This document shows positions 24,201 through 36,235 of a stretch of 64,000 bases of DNA, one piece after another. How positions within the stretch are numbered: the first letter of the stretch is position 1; each line of letters starts with the position of its first letter. The stretch is from contig CDLV01000011.1 in NCBI GenBank assembly GCA_001244265.2, forward strand, positions 124,001-188,000, given 5' to 3'. Below the pieces are notes generated by a model, which saw nothing but the letters and a program-made list of their open reading frames with translations, was not told the origin of the DNA and did no database searches. Both the position numbers and the translations under genes were made by a program. The DNA comes from Microbotryum violaceum (Eukaryota).

Positions 24201-24344
24201 GAGTGCGCGGGAGAGCGTTCGTTCGAACGAGAGGTCGCTCGAGGCGGGCAGTGAATCGGCTTGAGCGGTCGTCTGCCCGAGCGCTTCACTGAGAGCGGCG
24301 AGGTAGGTTGATGAGAGCTCGAACGCGGCGGGGGTGGACGCCAT
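21270..24344 (-). CDS. RRP6: Nuclear exosome 3'-5' exonuclease Rrp6
   Basis: PMC2NT-like N-terminus, [84 protein letters not shown]-like [12 protein letters not shown]. Confidence 0.95.
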
Positions 24345-24620
24345 AACGCTGCCGTGCAGGGGAGGGGAGCGCGTAGGATCGAGACTGCGAGCTGACAAGG
24401 AGAGAGCTGACTGAGCTACTGAGCTACTGAGCGCGGTTGGTCAAAGCTTGCGAAGCCGGCCCCGAGCTCGATCACCCGCACGCACTAGTACGCCATCGTC
24501 CGAAAATTATGCGAAACGTATAGAGTAGTAAAACGAGTCTTTGAAAACTTTACCGATTGCTCGGAATGCCGGATTGAATTTTCGGGTTTGTTTCGGTCGG
24601 CAGCCGAATCATGGGCAGCA

Positions 24621-24672
24621 ACGAGGCGAGACGAGGCGAGACAGGACGAGACGAGATGAGACGGGATGAGAC
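24621..24672. repeat. Degenerate pentanucleotide (ACGAG)n microsatellite in the RRP6/ZIP divergent intergenic region
   Basis: acgaggcgagacgaggcgagacaggacgagacgagatgagacgggatgagac; a (CCACG)n tract also lies at ~24825-24851. Confidence 0.8.
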
Positions 24673-24865
24673 TCGATTCGGTGAGCACCGTGCACCGCTG
24701 CGGTTACGCAGGCCGTATACTCCGGCTCCGTCTGGGAGCTGACGGTGCTCTGTCGAGAGCACTCGACATCGACTAGGGAGCACTCTGCACCTCTCGGACC
24801 ACAGGCCTACCCACCCTACCCGGACCACGCCACGCTACGCCACGCCACGCCTCGCTGCAGCTGCG

Positions 24866-26269
24866 ATGGGTCTGGCTCGGCTGCTGGTGCTCGCGTCGGT
24901 GATGCTGGTCGCGACCGTCGTCGCGTCGTCGTTGCCGCAGTGGATTCGGTTCTCGCCGCGGAGGCTGCACCAGCTGTCCGTCTACTCGACCGGGCTCTTG
25001 ATCGGTGCAGCACTGACCATCGTCATACCCGAGGGTGAGTCGTCACAGTCGATCCAGCCCTGCGCCTCGATAAGACTACACGCTGAGCTCCACCCGAGTC
25101 CGATCTCGCAGGTGTCGCGGCCGTCTACGCCAACTCGTCCTCGCTCGATCATGACGCTCAACACGAATCGGCGCAGGGCAGCCCGTACCGACATGATGCG
25201 CATTCCAATCCCACCAGCATTGGTCTGGCCCTCTTGGCCGGATTCCTCCTCATGTCAGTGCACATCATCGTCGTCGCCGTGTATACACCGGTGCTGACCC
25301 ATTGCATTGTGCCCCTGTCTCCCGATCAGGTACCTCATCGACACCTACACCCATAGTCATCCCCCAGCCTCCTCGGTCGGCAGGCTAGACCGGTCCGACT
25401 CGCGCCATCGGCACCGCTACCTCACACGTCAATCGTCGTCCATCTCTGAGCTCGAACCCCTCAACGCCAACTCGTCCCACCACCATCACCATTACCGCAA
25501 TGGGTCCGACGAGTATGATTGGGCAGAGAATGGAAACCTGGGCACAGCAAACTCAGATAGGAAATCACTCGCACCGACGAGCTCGAGCTCGATCAACGGT
25601 GGCACCAGTGCCAACCCCTCGAGATCGTCCTCGCCTACCCATCATCATCCCCCCTCTCCGCCAAATGAACCGACACCCTCTTCTTCCCCTTCTTCCTCCG
25701 CTTCGGCGATCTCGACCGTCATCGGTCTGGTCGTCCATTCATTAGCCGACGGCGTCTCCCTCGGCGCCAGTTCTCTTCCCTCAGGCGAGCAAGCAGTCAC
25801 CCAGTTCGCCCCCTCCTCCACATCTTTGGAACTCATCATCTTCCTCGCCATCATGGTCCACAAAGCCCCCGCCGCCTTTGCACTCTCCTCCCTCCTTAGC
25901 TCGAACCGATCCGTAAGCCCTTCCTTCCTGCGAAAATCTCTCCTCGCTTTCTCCCTCGCAGCACCTTTGGGTGCTTTAACGACCTATGGACTCTTGACGC
26001 TCGTGGGGGTCGAATTGGAAGGAGGTCAAGATGGGATTGGTTGGTGGACTGGGTTAGCGTTGGTTTTCTCGGGAGGAACGTTCTTGTTCGTGGCTACGCA
26101 CGTGATCAAGGAGAACGCTGGGACTGAGGGGGGTTCTTCTACCCATGGGAGAAGTAGTGAGTCTGTAGAGGATGGACAGGAGAATGACAAAGGTGGGGGA
26201 CCGGTATGGGTCGTCGCGGGGATGTTGACGCCTTGGGTGCTCGGGCGCTTGGTCGGCCACGGGCATTGA
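24866..26269 (+). CDS. ZIP-family metal transporter (ZIP9/Atx2-like), 3 exons
   Basis: STGLLIGAALTIVIPEG, His-rich loop, GLVVHSLADGVSLGAS, IFLAIMVHKAPAAF, FSGGTFLFVATH. Confidence 0.92.
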
Positions 26270-26506
26270 CCGGTGTGAGGGACGTGTCCTATTGTAGTGA
26301 TCATTGTTTGTTTTTTGGGCCTGAAGTTCCCGTAGCCATTGCAGGAATCGTTTGTCCCGCTAGCTTCTGTACCCCATTAAATTTTTCTTCCTATTTTTTG
26401 CTTTTCCCCCCTGAGGAGCCGAGAGATCTTGGCGTGCGTGGAACAGGAGAGCGTGCACGACCCGCCTGGATTTCGCTCGCGGTCCGGCGTCGTTGAAATC
26501 GTTGAG

Positions 26507-29500
26507 ATGCCGCCCACTCTTGAGGCCCGATCGCGTAGCGACGCGTTCGGTCCTTCTCTTCTGATTCGATCCTTAGCTTCGAATCGTCGTGTAGGCTCCT
26601 CACAGATGGATATTCCACCTGATACGACACCGCACCTACTCAGCTCACACACCATCGTTGGCTCCCCTCCCCTGATGACAGTCGCCCCGATCCGGCCTCC
26701 CAAACCAGCACACCTCAGCTCGGCGCGAAACCTCGCTCAGGTCGGCGTTCGTCATCGGGCGACCAACTCCGAACTGGACGTCGTCGGATCTGAATTAGCT
26801 GACAATAAGGGTCAACTACTAGTCGAGGAGTTCGCGCTAGGAGCTGGTGGTGCTCGTACTGCCTATCCACAGATGCCGAGATGGAGTTTAAGCTCCGATA
26901 CTTGGTCAAGTAGGTCCGTCACTGTCTCCGAGGTGACCGAGAACGAGAACGAGAACGAGAACGAGGTCTGTGCGTCGAATCTCGGCAAGGAGGTACAGAG
27001 TCAAGTCGACGATCTTTCACTCGGGACGATGGGGTTTGTCAAGAGCGGTACAAAATTCGATCATTCCAAGGCATCACCCACGATCTTCTCCAACCGCGAG
27101 ATCGAAGCGTCGACCCTCCGCTCAGCAAGCTCCTCCTCCTCGTCGCCCCCTTCGAGATCCTCCGACTTTTCGACCCTTCGACCCTTCATACCGACATCTC
27201 AAATCCCTTACTTCAACAACTTCCCCTCATCACCTTCCTCCCCTTCCCTCTCCCTCTCCCACCCCTCAGCCCCTCCACTACAAAAAGCCCTCACCCATCA
27301 CCCCTTCCAAGGCCATTCTGAATTCAACGAACTTTCCTTCTCTAAAGGCGAAATCTTATTCATCGAGTTGGAAGATTTGGGTGGGGGTTGGAGTTTGGGC
27401 TTTAGGGAAGTTGAGGGGGTGGAGGGGAGGGGGTTGGTACCGAGGGGTTGGTATGCTTTTGTTGAGGGAGGGGAGGGGGAGGAGGGGAAGGAGGGGGAGG
27501 AGGTTGGGGTGGAGAGGGAGGGGGTTAGGAGGTTGAATGGGTTCGGTGAAGTTATTTCAGAGGGTGTGAAAGCTGAGGAGAAATCTACGCGCACGGAACT
27601 AGGGGGAGATTACGAGCAGGGGTTGGAGAAGGATTCGGATCCACCGACAGGGGCGATTTGCGAGTCGAGTGAACACCTTGTCGAAGCGCATGAGGTCGTT
27701 GCTACACTTCCACCATCCAATAATTTGGATCCAGAGGTCGCATGGTCAGAGATGATCGCTCAAGCTGAAAGAAACGCAGAGGAGGGTATGCATGGGCTGC
27801 ACGAAGGAGCAGAACACTGCTCGGTCGAAACACCGGTGGACAACTTAGGAGCTAGGGACCCTGCCCTCCTTGACTCCCACCAGCCTGAAGAACCGCCCGA
27901 CATCGATCTGTCATCTCCTAACCTGTCGCTTTCACTGGAACCGGAAACCAGGCTCTTGGTAGTCAACGAACTCGTCTCGGAGCCATCACCGTTGACCCCG
28001 TCTCCCTTGGTTCCCAAAACTCGAGCGGACGCCCAGATCCTCGATTGGATCTTGTATGGGGAGGAGGCGACGACGAAGGAAATAGAGGATGCTGACGAGG
28101 TGCAACTGTTCCATATCGAGGTAAGAGATCTTTGACCTGCATTTTGGCTCTTCGAGGAAGAGTCGACTTACGCATTTGGCCTGTGCGTAGTCTGGACCCG
28201 CTTGGGAAGATTCTTTACCAGACCTATCGATCCGCGTCCACGATCCTGAAATATTCCATCCCCCTCGAGGCTCAGCCTACACCCTCTATGCGCTCACCAC
28301 CAACTTTCACTCGGACCCCAACTCTGCCGACGAAAACCTCCTTCCACCCCCCATCACCATCACGCGTCGTTTCTCGCATTTCGTCCACCTCCATACTCTA
28401 CTCTGCTCTTCCTACCCCATCCTCGTCATTCCGGACTTACCGAGCCGCGCTTATGCCCGTCGATTCGAACGCGGATTCGTCGAGTCTCGATGTAGGGATC
28501 TACAAAGATGGATTAGGAGGGTTGTGAGACATCCCGTATTGAAGGGGACGAATGAGTTGAGGGATTTTTTGATGCTTGAGAACGAAGAAGGGGTAAGGTT
28601 TCTTCGGTTTTGAGTCGGATCGGCGCAGCAGTCCTGAAACTGACGGGGTTTGAATTCCGATTCCGGTCATTAGAAATTGGAACACTTTCTCCTGCCATCC
28701 CAACAGTCGGCCGGTCTTCCCACCGGTCCAAGTTTCTTCTCCCGAGTTTACCACCCCGAATATAACATCGATATTGATGAAGCTCGAGAGATGATCGAAA
28801 GGTTCGAATTGCACGCCAAGGCCGTCGAGCTTGGGAATGGAGTCAAGGAGGTCGAAGTCCTCTTGGGGAACTATAGGGAGGCGGTCTTTGGTACGTCACA
28901 TCATTAAGGTTTTTTTCTTCAAAAGTGTTTAAGGGACCTTCGCACTGAACTGAGCGACTAAGCGTACATTAGGTACTGCCCAGACCATATCTTCACTGGG
29001 TCGATCGCTCGTCCGACTCGTAGCAGGACGCGCAATCCCATCCACTTCTCAAGATCCATCATCATTTCGAGCACTTCAAGAGACGTCAACCTCTTCGAAT
29101 GACCGGGCGAAACAGTGGTGCGTCCAAACGGAACAAGGCGCGTTCTCGTGGAAGGAGTCGACAGAGTCTGGTGAGTCAGCTTACCTTTGCGCCGCCCAGA
29201 GACGATTGAAAGTCAGCTGATAAAGGTTTGAAACCATATTTCAGAGAGCTTAAGCATGGCCAAAGCCGTTCAAGCTACGGGGGAAACCTTGGCGACGGTG
29301 GGAGAGGTGTGGGAAGGATCGGTACGTTCTCCGTTTCAAGCTTGGTTCTCCAGTGTTAACGTACCGCTGAGGCGTGCTGCGACGAATGACAGGCACAAGA
29401 CAGCCTTTTGAAGCAGCAAGAGATGCTGAAGGAGTTGGATCGTCCACATACGCAATACCTCGTCAGTACACGGAGGACATTCGTTATTTTTCCGATGAGC

Positions 29501-30254
29501 TCGCAACTGACCCAGTTCTTTCCTCGTCACTAGTCCCTAATCGAAACCCACCGCCTCGTCCTCCTCGAACACGAGCGCCTATCCCGTCTCAACGATCATT
29601 CCACTGAAGAATCCAACCGCTACCAAGATTGTCTCTCGAGATGCGAAACGATCCTCAACATCACCTGCGCCGAAATAGAGCGGGCCCATGTTGAGAGGAG
29701 GGAGGATTTGAAGGAGGTTGCGAGGGGTATGTTGGAGGGGCAGATCAGGGGGTGCGAGGAGGTGATTTGCTGCGCTGCTGTCCGGAGACGAGCTTGAAGC
29801 TCTGCGTAAAAGTTGATCACACCTTTCTTGATCACTTGAATAGGCACTCCTTCATCTCCGATTCGCCCAAGCGCATTTCGACCCTCCACAAGCCTACGCA
29901 GCATTAGCGCTCACCGGACCTCGACTCCTTTCCAAACTCGAAGAATCTTCCGCCCCCTCCGTCTCCGGTCACGAGCTCAGACGAGAGCTGAAACAGCCCA
30001 GCTCTTATACCGGGATGCCAAGTGGGGCTTCGTCAGCTCAAGGTGGGAGGGTCTTGACGAGACCGATTGAGATGGTCGCTGGGGCTGTGGCGTCGGTGAC
30101 TACTAGGAGTAGGAATCCGACGCCGATGGGTCTTCAGAGGAGCAACACGGCCGGAATGGCTTATAGACGGGGCAGGTATGATGATGATATCGCAGCGTCG
30201 GGCTCGAAAACTTGGACCCAAAGTCTTTTTATGGGTACAATCGGTCGTGGTTAA
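26507..30254 (+). CDS. SH3-PX-BAR sorting nexin (SNX9-like), multi-exon; start uncertain
   Basis: SH3 (ALTHHPFQGHSEFNELSFSKGE...GGWSLG...RGLVPRGWY), PX (TITRRFSHFVHLHTLL...IPDLPSR...RCRDLQRWIRRVVRHP), followed by helical BAR-like exons. Confidence 0.85.
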
Positions 30255-30359
30255 GCTTTGGGGCGTGTGCCTGCGCTTTTGCATATACATGTCCTTTACT
30301 GTAGTACATAGATCGCAGCTCGCAACATGCACGCTAGTCCACAAAGTGATAGCCCCCAC

Positions 30360-32642
30360 TCAAATCAACCTGAAGTTCTGTACGACCTCCCCACCCCAAG
30401 CTCTCCATTCCTGCAACACCAGCTTGCTCGGCAACCCAAACCTCCGCGCACCTTCATTCCCCGCACCTGACGATGAGGCCCCTTCCCCATTCCCCAACAT
30501 CAAGGTACCACCATAAGTAGCCAACACCACTCCCGCGACTCCCGCAATGACCAATACGACCCCTACACCAGTTTCCATCCTTTTCCTCCTAGCTTTCAAT
30601 TCCTTCCTCCGTCTAGCCCTTCGTTCCAAAGCATCCTCCACGACTTCCCCACCCCCTTCCTCCACCCCGACCAAAACGATATCCACTCCATTCTCCGCAA
30701 TCAAATCCGCCTCCGTATCCGTCAACGTTCCCTCTATCGAAAGCGGCCACGTGAAGATGCATGATTTAGGTCCCATAATTTGGTCGGCTTGAATCGAGTT
30801 ATCCCTATCTTCTGATGGGAGGTAAGGATGGGTTTCGTAAAGTTTCAAGGTCGTTTGAATCAGGTCCTCGATTGATATCTCGGCGGGGGCGCGGTTCTTC
30901 CTCGCAGGCGTTTTCGCAGGCGTTTTAGGAGGCTCGTCGTCCAACCGTTCGAGCAAGACCGATTTGAGTGAGGAGGGATTGGTTTGCGTCGGAACTTGAT
31001 AGGCTGAACTAGGGAAGGCCAGACCGAAAATATCCGGATCTTCAAAAATCGAGTCGTCGAGGGTTTGTAGGGAGTGAGTTGAACAAGTAGCGAGTTGGGA
31101 TAGGGTCGATGACGATTCCCAATCTGTTGAAGCTTCCGAGGTTGAGATCATGGACGAAGAGAGGAACGAGTCGGATTGTTGGGAGGAGGACATGAGATCC
31201 TCATCGTCGTCTTCGTCCCGAGTCCCCTTCGATCCTTGATTCGCTTCGGGTACCTCCTTGGAAGTTGACGGCCTGTCCAGCACGAGGTTCGGTACCTTGG
31301 ACAACGTGTGGTGGACCATCGCCGGGTCATCATCTTCGAGCTGAGCCAACTGTTCCTGCTTGAGCAAGACGATGGCGACGCCCAGGTAGGAAATCATGAC
31401 GGGGTTGTGGGCGAGCAGGAAATCGAAGAGGCGGGAGATGAGATCGATCGAGGTGAGATCGTGGGACATGAGGGTCAAGACCCACGAGAGTGAAAAGTAT
31501 GGCAGGGAAGCGGCGCTGCAGAGAGGAAATCCAGGTCAGCTGGGTGTGGTGGTGAGAAGTTGGAAATATCTGACTGACGAGTCCACCATTCGAGCCAAGT
31601 CCGCGTCGTGCTTGTACAATATCCGATGCAGAATTCTGCAAAGGTAACAGGACACGGATCCCTCAGCCCAATCCGCAACACTTGGGCGCTGAACAAAGCT
31701 GGCTACGCACTTGAGGTAACCTATCACGGGCTCCAATCCTGTACCCATACTATCTCGTAGTCGATGCAGGCTCATCTTTTCCGCGGCCTGAATGGTCAGC
31801 TCCTCGTCCTTGAAGGTGAGCAACAGGATCGAAATAATCTGTTGGGATACTCGACGAAAATCAGCACTTGAGTCCTTCAAGACGCGGCGCTGGAACGCAC
31901 ATCGTGATATCCCTGAAAGTAGTGCAAGGAAGGATGACGACGTAGAACGGTGACGATCACGTTCTCGAGCTGGTCTCTGAGTCGTTGCTTCTCTTCGGCC
32001 GAGACGTCTGTCAAAGTTGGAGATGTGGGGTGAGTCGGCCGGCTAGCCAGCTTGCTCAACGCGCAGGGTCAGAGGAGAGTTGGTAACGCACCGATGGAAT
32101 ATGATACGAAACTACGAAGGATGTCCAGATGAACTTGATGCTCGTCTTTGTGCGGCGGAAGGTCACCCTTGGACTTGGACGGGCGCGCCACCGAAGCGGA
32201 AGCGGCCTCAGGTTCGTTCGATCGCGGAACACCCAAGAGGATTGGCCTGCGCGGGGGCGTGAGTGCCAAGATACGGTACTATGATGTTGGAGTGAGAGAC
32301 GGACCAAACTTGTGACCGTACTTGATCGGACCGAAAACCGCCTGGTGCGACGGCGAGTTGCTTCAGCCGTGTCCTATCACGTGCTTGCATAGCCTTGGTC
32401 AGTTCATCCTGTGCTGCAGGTGCATCCAGCTCGAGTTGCTTGTCGATTGTGCAGTGGCCATTTGTGTTGCTAGAGGAGGGGCCGAGTTGTTGCCGTGAAG
32501 TGGGGCGAGTCGATGCCGACGACGACGACGACGATGACGATGACGATGCCAGCGAGGAAGAGGACGGGAGGCGAGGCAGCTGCTTGGAAGGTGAGGCGGG
32601 ACGTGGCGTTGTTGTCGGAGTTGGCCCGTACGAGCTGTGCAT
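30360..32642 (-). CDS. TBC-domain Rab GTPase-activating protein (TBC1D20/Gyp8-like) with C-terminal TM
   Basis: PGGFRSDQVRSQVW, DEHQVHLDILRSFV, VLRRHPSLHYFQGYHD-IISILLL, YFSLSWVLTLMSHDL, RLFDFLLAH; hydrophobic GVGVVLVIAGVAGVVLA. Confidence 0.9.
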
Positions 32643-32877
32643 CCTGCGTCGTACAGCCTAGTCCTCCTCGGTCGTACGGCAGGAGACAAGGTCCTCAGGC
32701 GCGCACCCCGTCGCCCCCGTCGACGTCACCGCGGCCGGCAGCACTGCAGCACTCCGCAGCACCCCCACACGCAGGGAGCCATCTACCGAGCTGATCGGCG
32801 TGCTCTCCTCTTTCAAGTTCCCGTGTGCCCCTGACCATTCTTCGCCGCTGCGACACTGCTCCCGGAAGCATGTTGGC

Positions 32878-35800
32878 ATGAATGCTAAACCCATAGATGT
32901 CACTGCACTGGCCTCAGCTGTACTCGTGCGTGCTGCGCCTCTCCCATTTTGCTCATCGATTGCCCTAACCACGTGACTTGCTGACTACGTGTCGAGCTAC
33001 GTCGCACAGGCTCAGCGACATGACCCAGCACAAACACAAGCCCCGCCTTTACCACCGATCGAGCTGATCACCCTGTTCTGTGAGGCCATTCACACAAGTG
33101 AGGTGACTACCGAGACGCGTGTGCTCGTGCTCAAGGCGCTTCGTCGCAACTCGTGGTCGAGCGACGCCAAGGAGGTCAGTTCGGCACTTGTCAGCACCAC
33201 GTCGTCTCGTGCACACCTCAGCCAGAGAGCTGACGAGGAGTGCTCATCACTGGGATCGATCCAGATCCACCCAACACTGCTCTCGACTACGGTCCCTCTC
33301 CTGGCCGACGTCTCCATCGCCGTTCGCACTCAAGCCAGCTCGCTGCTGATCCACGTCGTATCGACCGCGTCGGCTCAGCTGGTGACCGACCTCGTCGACA
33401 CCTTGGCCTCGTCCATAACGAAATCACTATCACCCTACCACCTCGTACCTCCGACATCGTCGGCGCTGCGGCTCGTTTCACTCTCGCTTCGACTCCTAAA
33501 TGCTGCGCTGCTCAAGCTTCCTTCGAGCGCCTTCACGGCTCTGCGAGTTGACGTCGTACTGTCCATCATTGCCCATTGGATATACTATGATCGTGCAAAC
33601 CCAGGATTACAAGGCGCTGGCCTCACCGCTCCACCTGATCGGCTCATCTCGCATCCGACCAACTCACCGTTCACCTCGACCACCACGCCCAAACCCCTGA
33701 GCGGCGCCATGATGTCATTCGGTGCCATGGGTTCGTTTTCACCTACGTCGTCCCCTTCTTCCAAAAAGACCCTGTCTCGCTCCTCCTCTCAGAGCTCGCT
33801 CAATACAGTCAGCTTGGTTCACGCCGACACGTACAAGTCCGACTCGGAAACCGACGACGACCAAGCCTCTGTCTCATCCGAGCAAGCGCCGCGTCTCACC
33901 TCGGTTCATGTTCGTCTCGATGCGCTTGCGGTGCTCAAAACCCTAGCATCGGCTCAACCGAAACTATTGTACCCGAAATGGAATCTCTTCTTCTGCGATT
34001 CGGCCTACGTGCGGTCCAAGCCGACTCTGTTAGGCTTGATCGAAACCGATCGTTCGGTCACTGTCAAACTGAGGGCGGCGAGAGTTTTGGATTTGATGTT
34101 CAAGGAGTCGAGAGCGTTCTTGGCGATCGCAGAGGACCGGTGAGTTGGTTGGCGAGTTTAATTGCAGGAATGGCCGCAGAGGCCTGAATCAACTCCGCCG
34201 TCCGAATTACAGACCGACCAAAGCCTCCTTCACTTCACTCTCCTCCAAGCTCGGCACGCTTCTTGCCGAGCTTCACCTCAAGCTCACGTCGCTCTTATCC
34301 GCGCCGTCAGTCGCGTCCAACGATGAACTATTGTTCGCGCTTCTGACACTCGTCGAGACGCTGGGTAACAATGTACCATACGCTCGACTACGCCAAAAGT
34401 CTTTGACGAGGGGTCTCGCCAAGACCTTGGTGCAGTTGACGGTCCATCACGGTGTGTGACTATAACCCGTCTTCGCTTCCCACTCTTTGCACGTACTCAA
34501 GCGAGCTTCCTGCAGAACACTCGGTTGCGCTCGCAGCTATGGCGGGCTTGATCGCTGTCACTCGATCCGAGCTCCTGTCCTCCGATCCCGCCTCGCTCGA
34601 TCTCTCCTCGATGATTCGCCAAGTAATGTTACTTGCACCGCAATCTTCCGACCCCAGCATCGTCAAGAGTGCTTGGGAGCTACTGTGTGTCATCACGCCT
34701 CATATTCCAGTAGCAGATCTGATCCCGGCCGTCGCTTTGGTCGACGCCATCATTTCGACATCCGACGCAACATTGACGCCGGAGCAAATTTCGTTCTATT
34801 CTGCGCTGTTCAAATCTTCGACTGCCTTTGTCTCTCCCCCATCAGAAAGCGAGAAGGAGCGACTGCTCGAACTTGTACGAGTCGCCCTACGACACCCTTC
34901 TCCAGTTCTCAAGGTCACGACAGCTCAGGTGCTCGTTTCCGAGAAGTTCCTCGGTTTTCTCCGGTCATTATCTTCTACACGTACAATAGACGTGATACAA
35001 GAGCTCCTCGACCTTACCCCACTCACCTCAATGGCTACTGAAGAAGAGCAAGACCTCGTCGCCGCAGCCGTTTATCGCTCTCTCGGCCAAGTCATCAAAT
35101 CCGATTATTTTAATACACTACTCAACGCTACCTCACGCTTGAGGAACCAAATTTTGCCAGTTTTGATGAGGCGGTGCCCAATATCGTGTTCCGAATTCGT
35201 CGCCTCGATGGCGAGTTGGGCTTTTGCGAACTCGATCGATTTACTCTTCCCTTCATCTTCGACATCAACACCGAAAGATCTAGCGTTCACTTTGGAAGAA
35301 ACTTCAACGATGTTCAACATTGCCGATACTTTCCTCAAGACGGAAACGTGCGAACCGATTCAAACGAATGGTATTCGATCGATCTGTCTCCTCTTACGCA
35401 ACCCAGCGTTCTGCGGCACGCGGTCGTTCGAGGAGAACGTGACGCATACTTTGATTACCATCCTTCGGTGTCACGAAGGGAAGGGGTTTAAATTGAGGTG
35501 GAACGCTGCCACAGGGTTAGGTCATTGGCTCGTTGGGCTGAAGGATCGTAAACCAACGACCTGGCGAGGAGTGTTGAGGGATTTAATCCTGGACGCCCTC
35601 GTTCAGGTCGGAATCGAATCGATCGTGATCCATCTACAACAGCAGTCACGATCGGCTGAATCCTCAGCGTCGCATGTACACACGATTGAAACCTATGCGT
35701 CGTGCGTACCGCCCTCGCCACCACTCATCAAGTTGAACTACAAGATCTCGATTCAGTGCGTCCGAGCGCTCCGACAAGCTGCTCCACTAACTGTATCAGA

Positions 35801-35954
35801 AGTCGAGCGAATTAATCGAACCACGAAAGGCCGCCCAGCCCCGGACCTGTTCGCTTTCTTGGATCAGGTCAAGGGGAAGGAAGGAGCTCATGCGCAGACG
35901 TTGGGTCAGGAGTTGAGAGCGTTGTTAGTGGTGGATGCCGGCGATGGCGCATAA
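32878..35954 (+). CDS. HEAT/ARM-repeat protein (HEATR6/DUF4042-like)
   Basis: Exon 1 MNAKPIDVTALASAVL; motifs FLAIAED-RPTKASFTSLSSKLGTLLAELH, NVPYARL, KLRWNAATGLG, NYKISIQ; leucine-rich helical composition. Confidence 0.75.
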
Positions 35955-36235
35955 TATTATGCGCAAGAGCTGCTTCCCGACCCTTGTTCGCGTTTCTTTG
36001 TTTCACTTGTTTGATTACAGCAATAGTAGAAAAGCACAAGCAGCGGTTTTTGATCAGGCGAGAAGAGATAATGATAGGGATACTGTCGGATCGTCACATC
36101 ATAAAGCAACGAGGAGCCACAAAAGCTCATCATAAAGGGGCCAAACCTCACAGCGGTTGCCCCCGCATGCATTCTTTAGTTTTCATTCTGGAGTCGACGT
36201 CGTGACGTTCGAGAGCGACTCGCATATTCAAGCGA

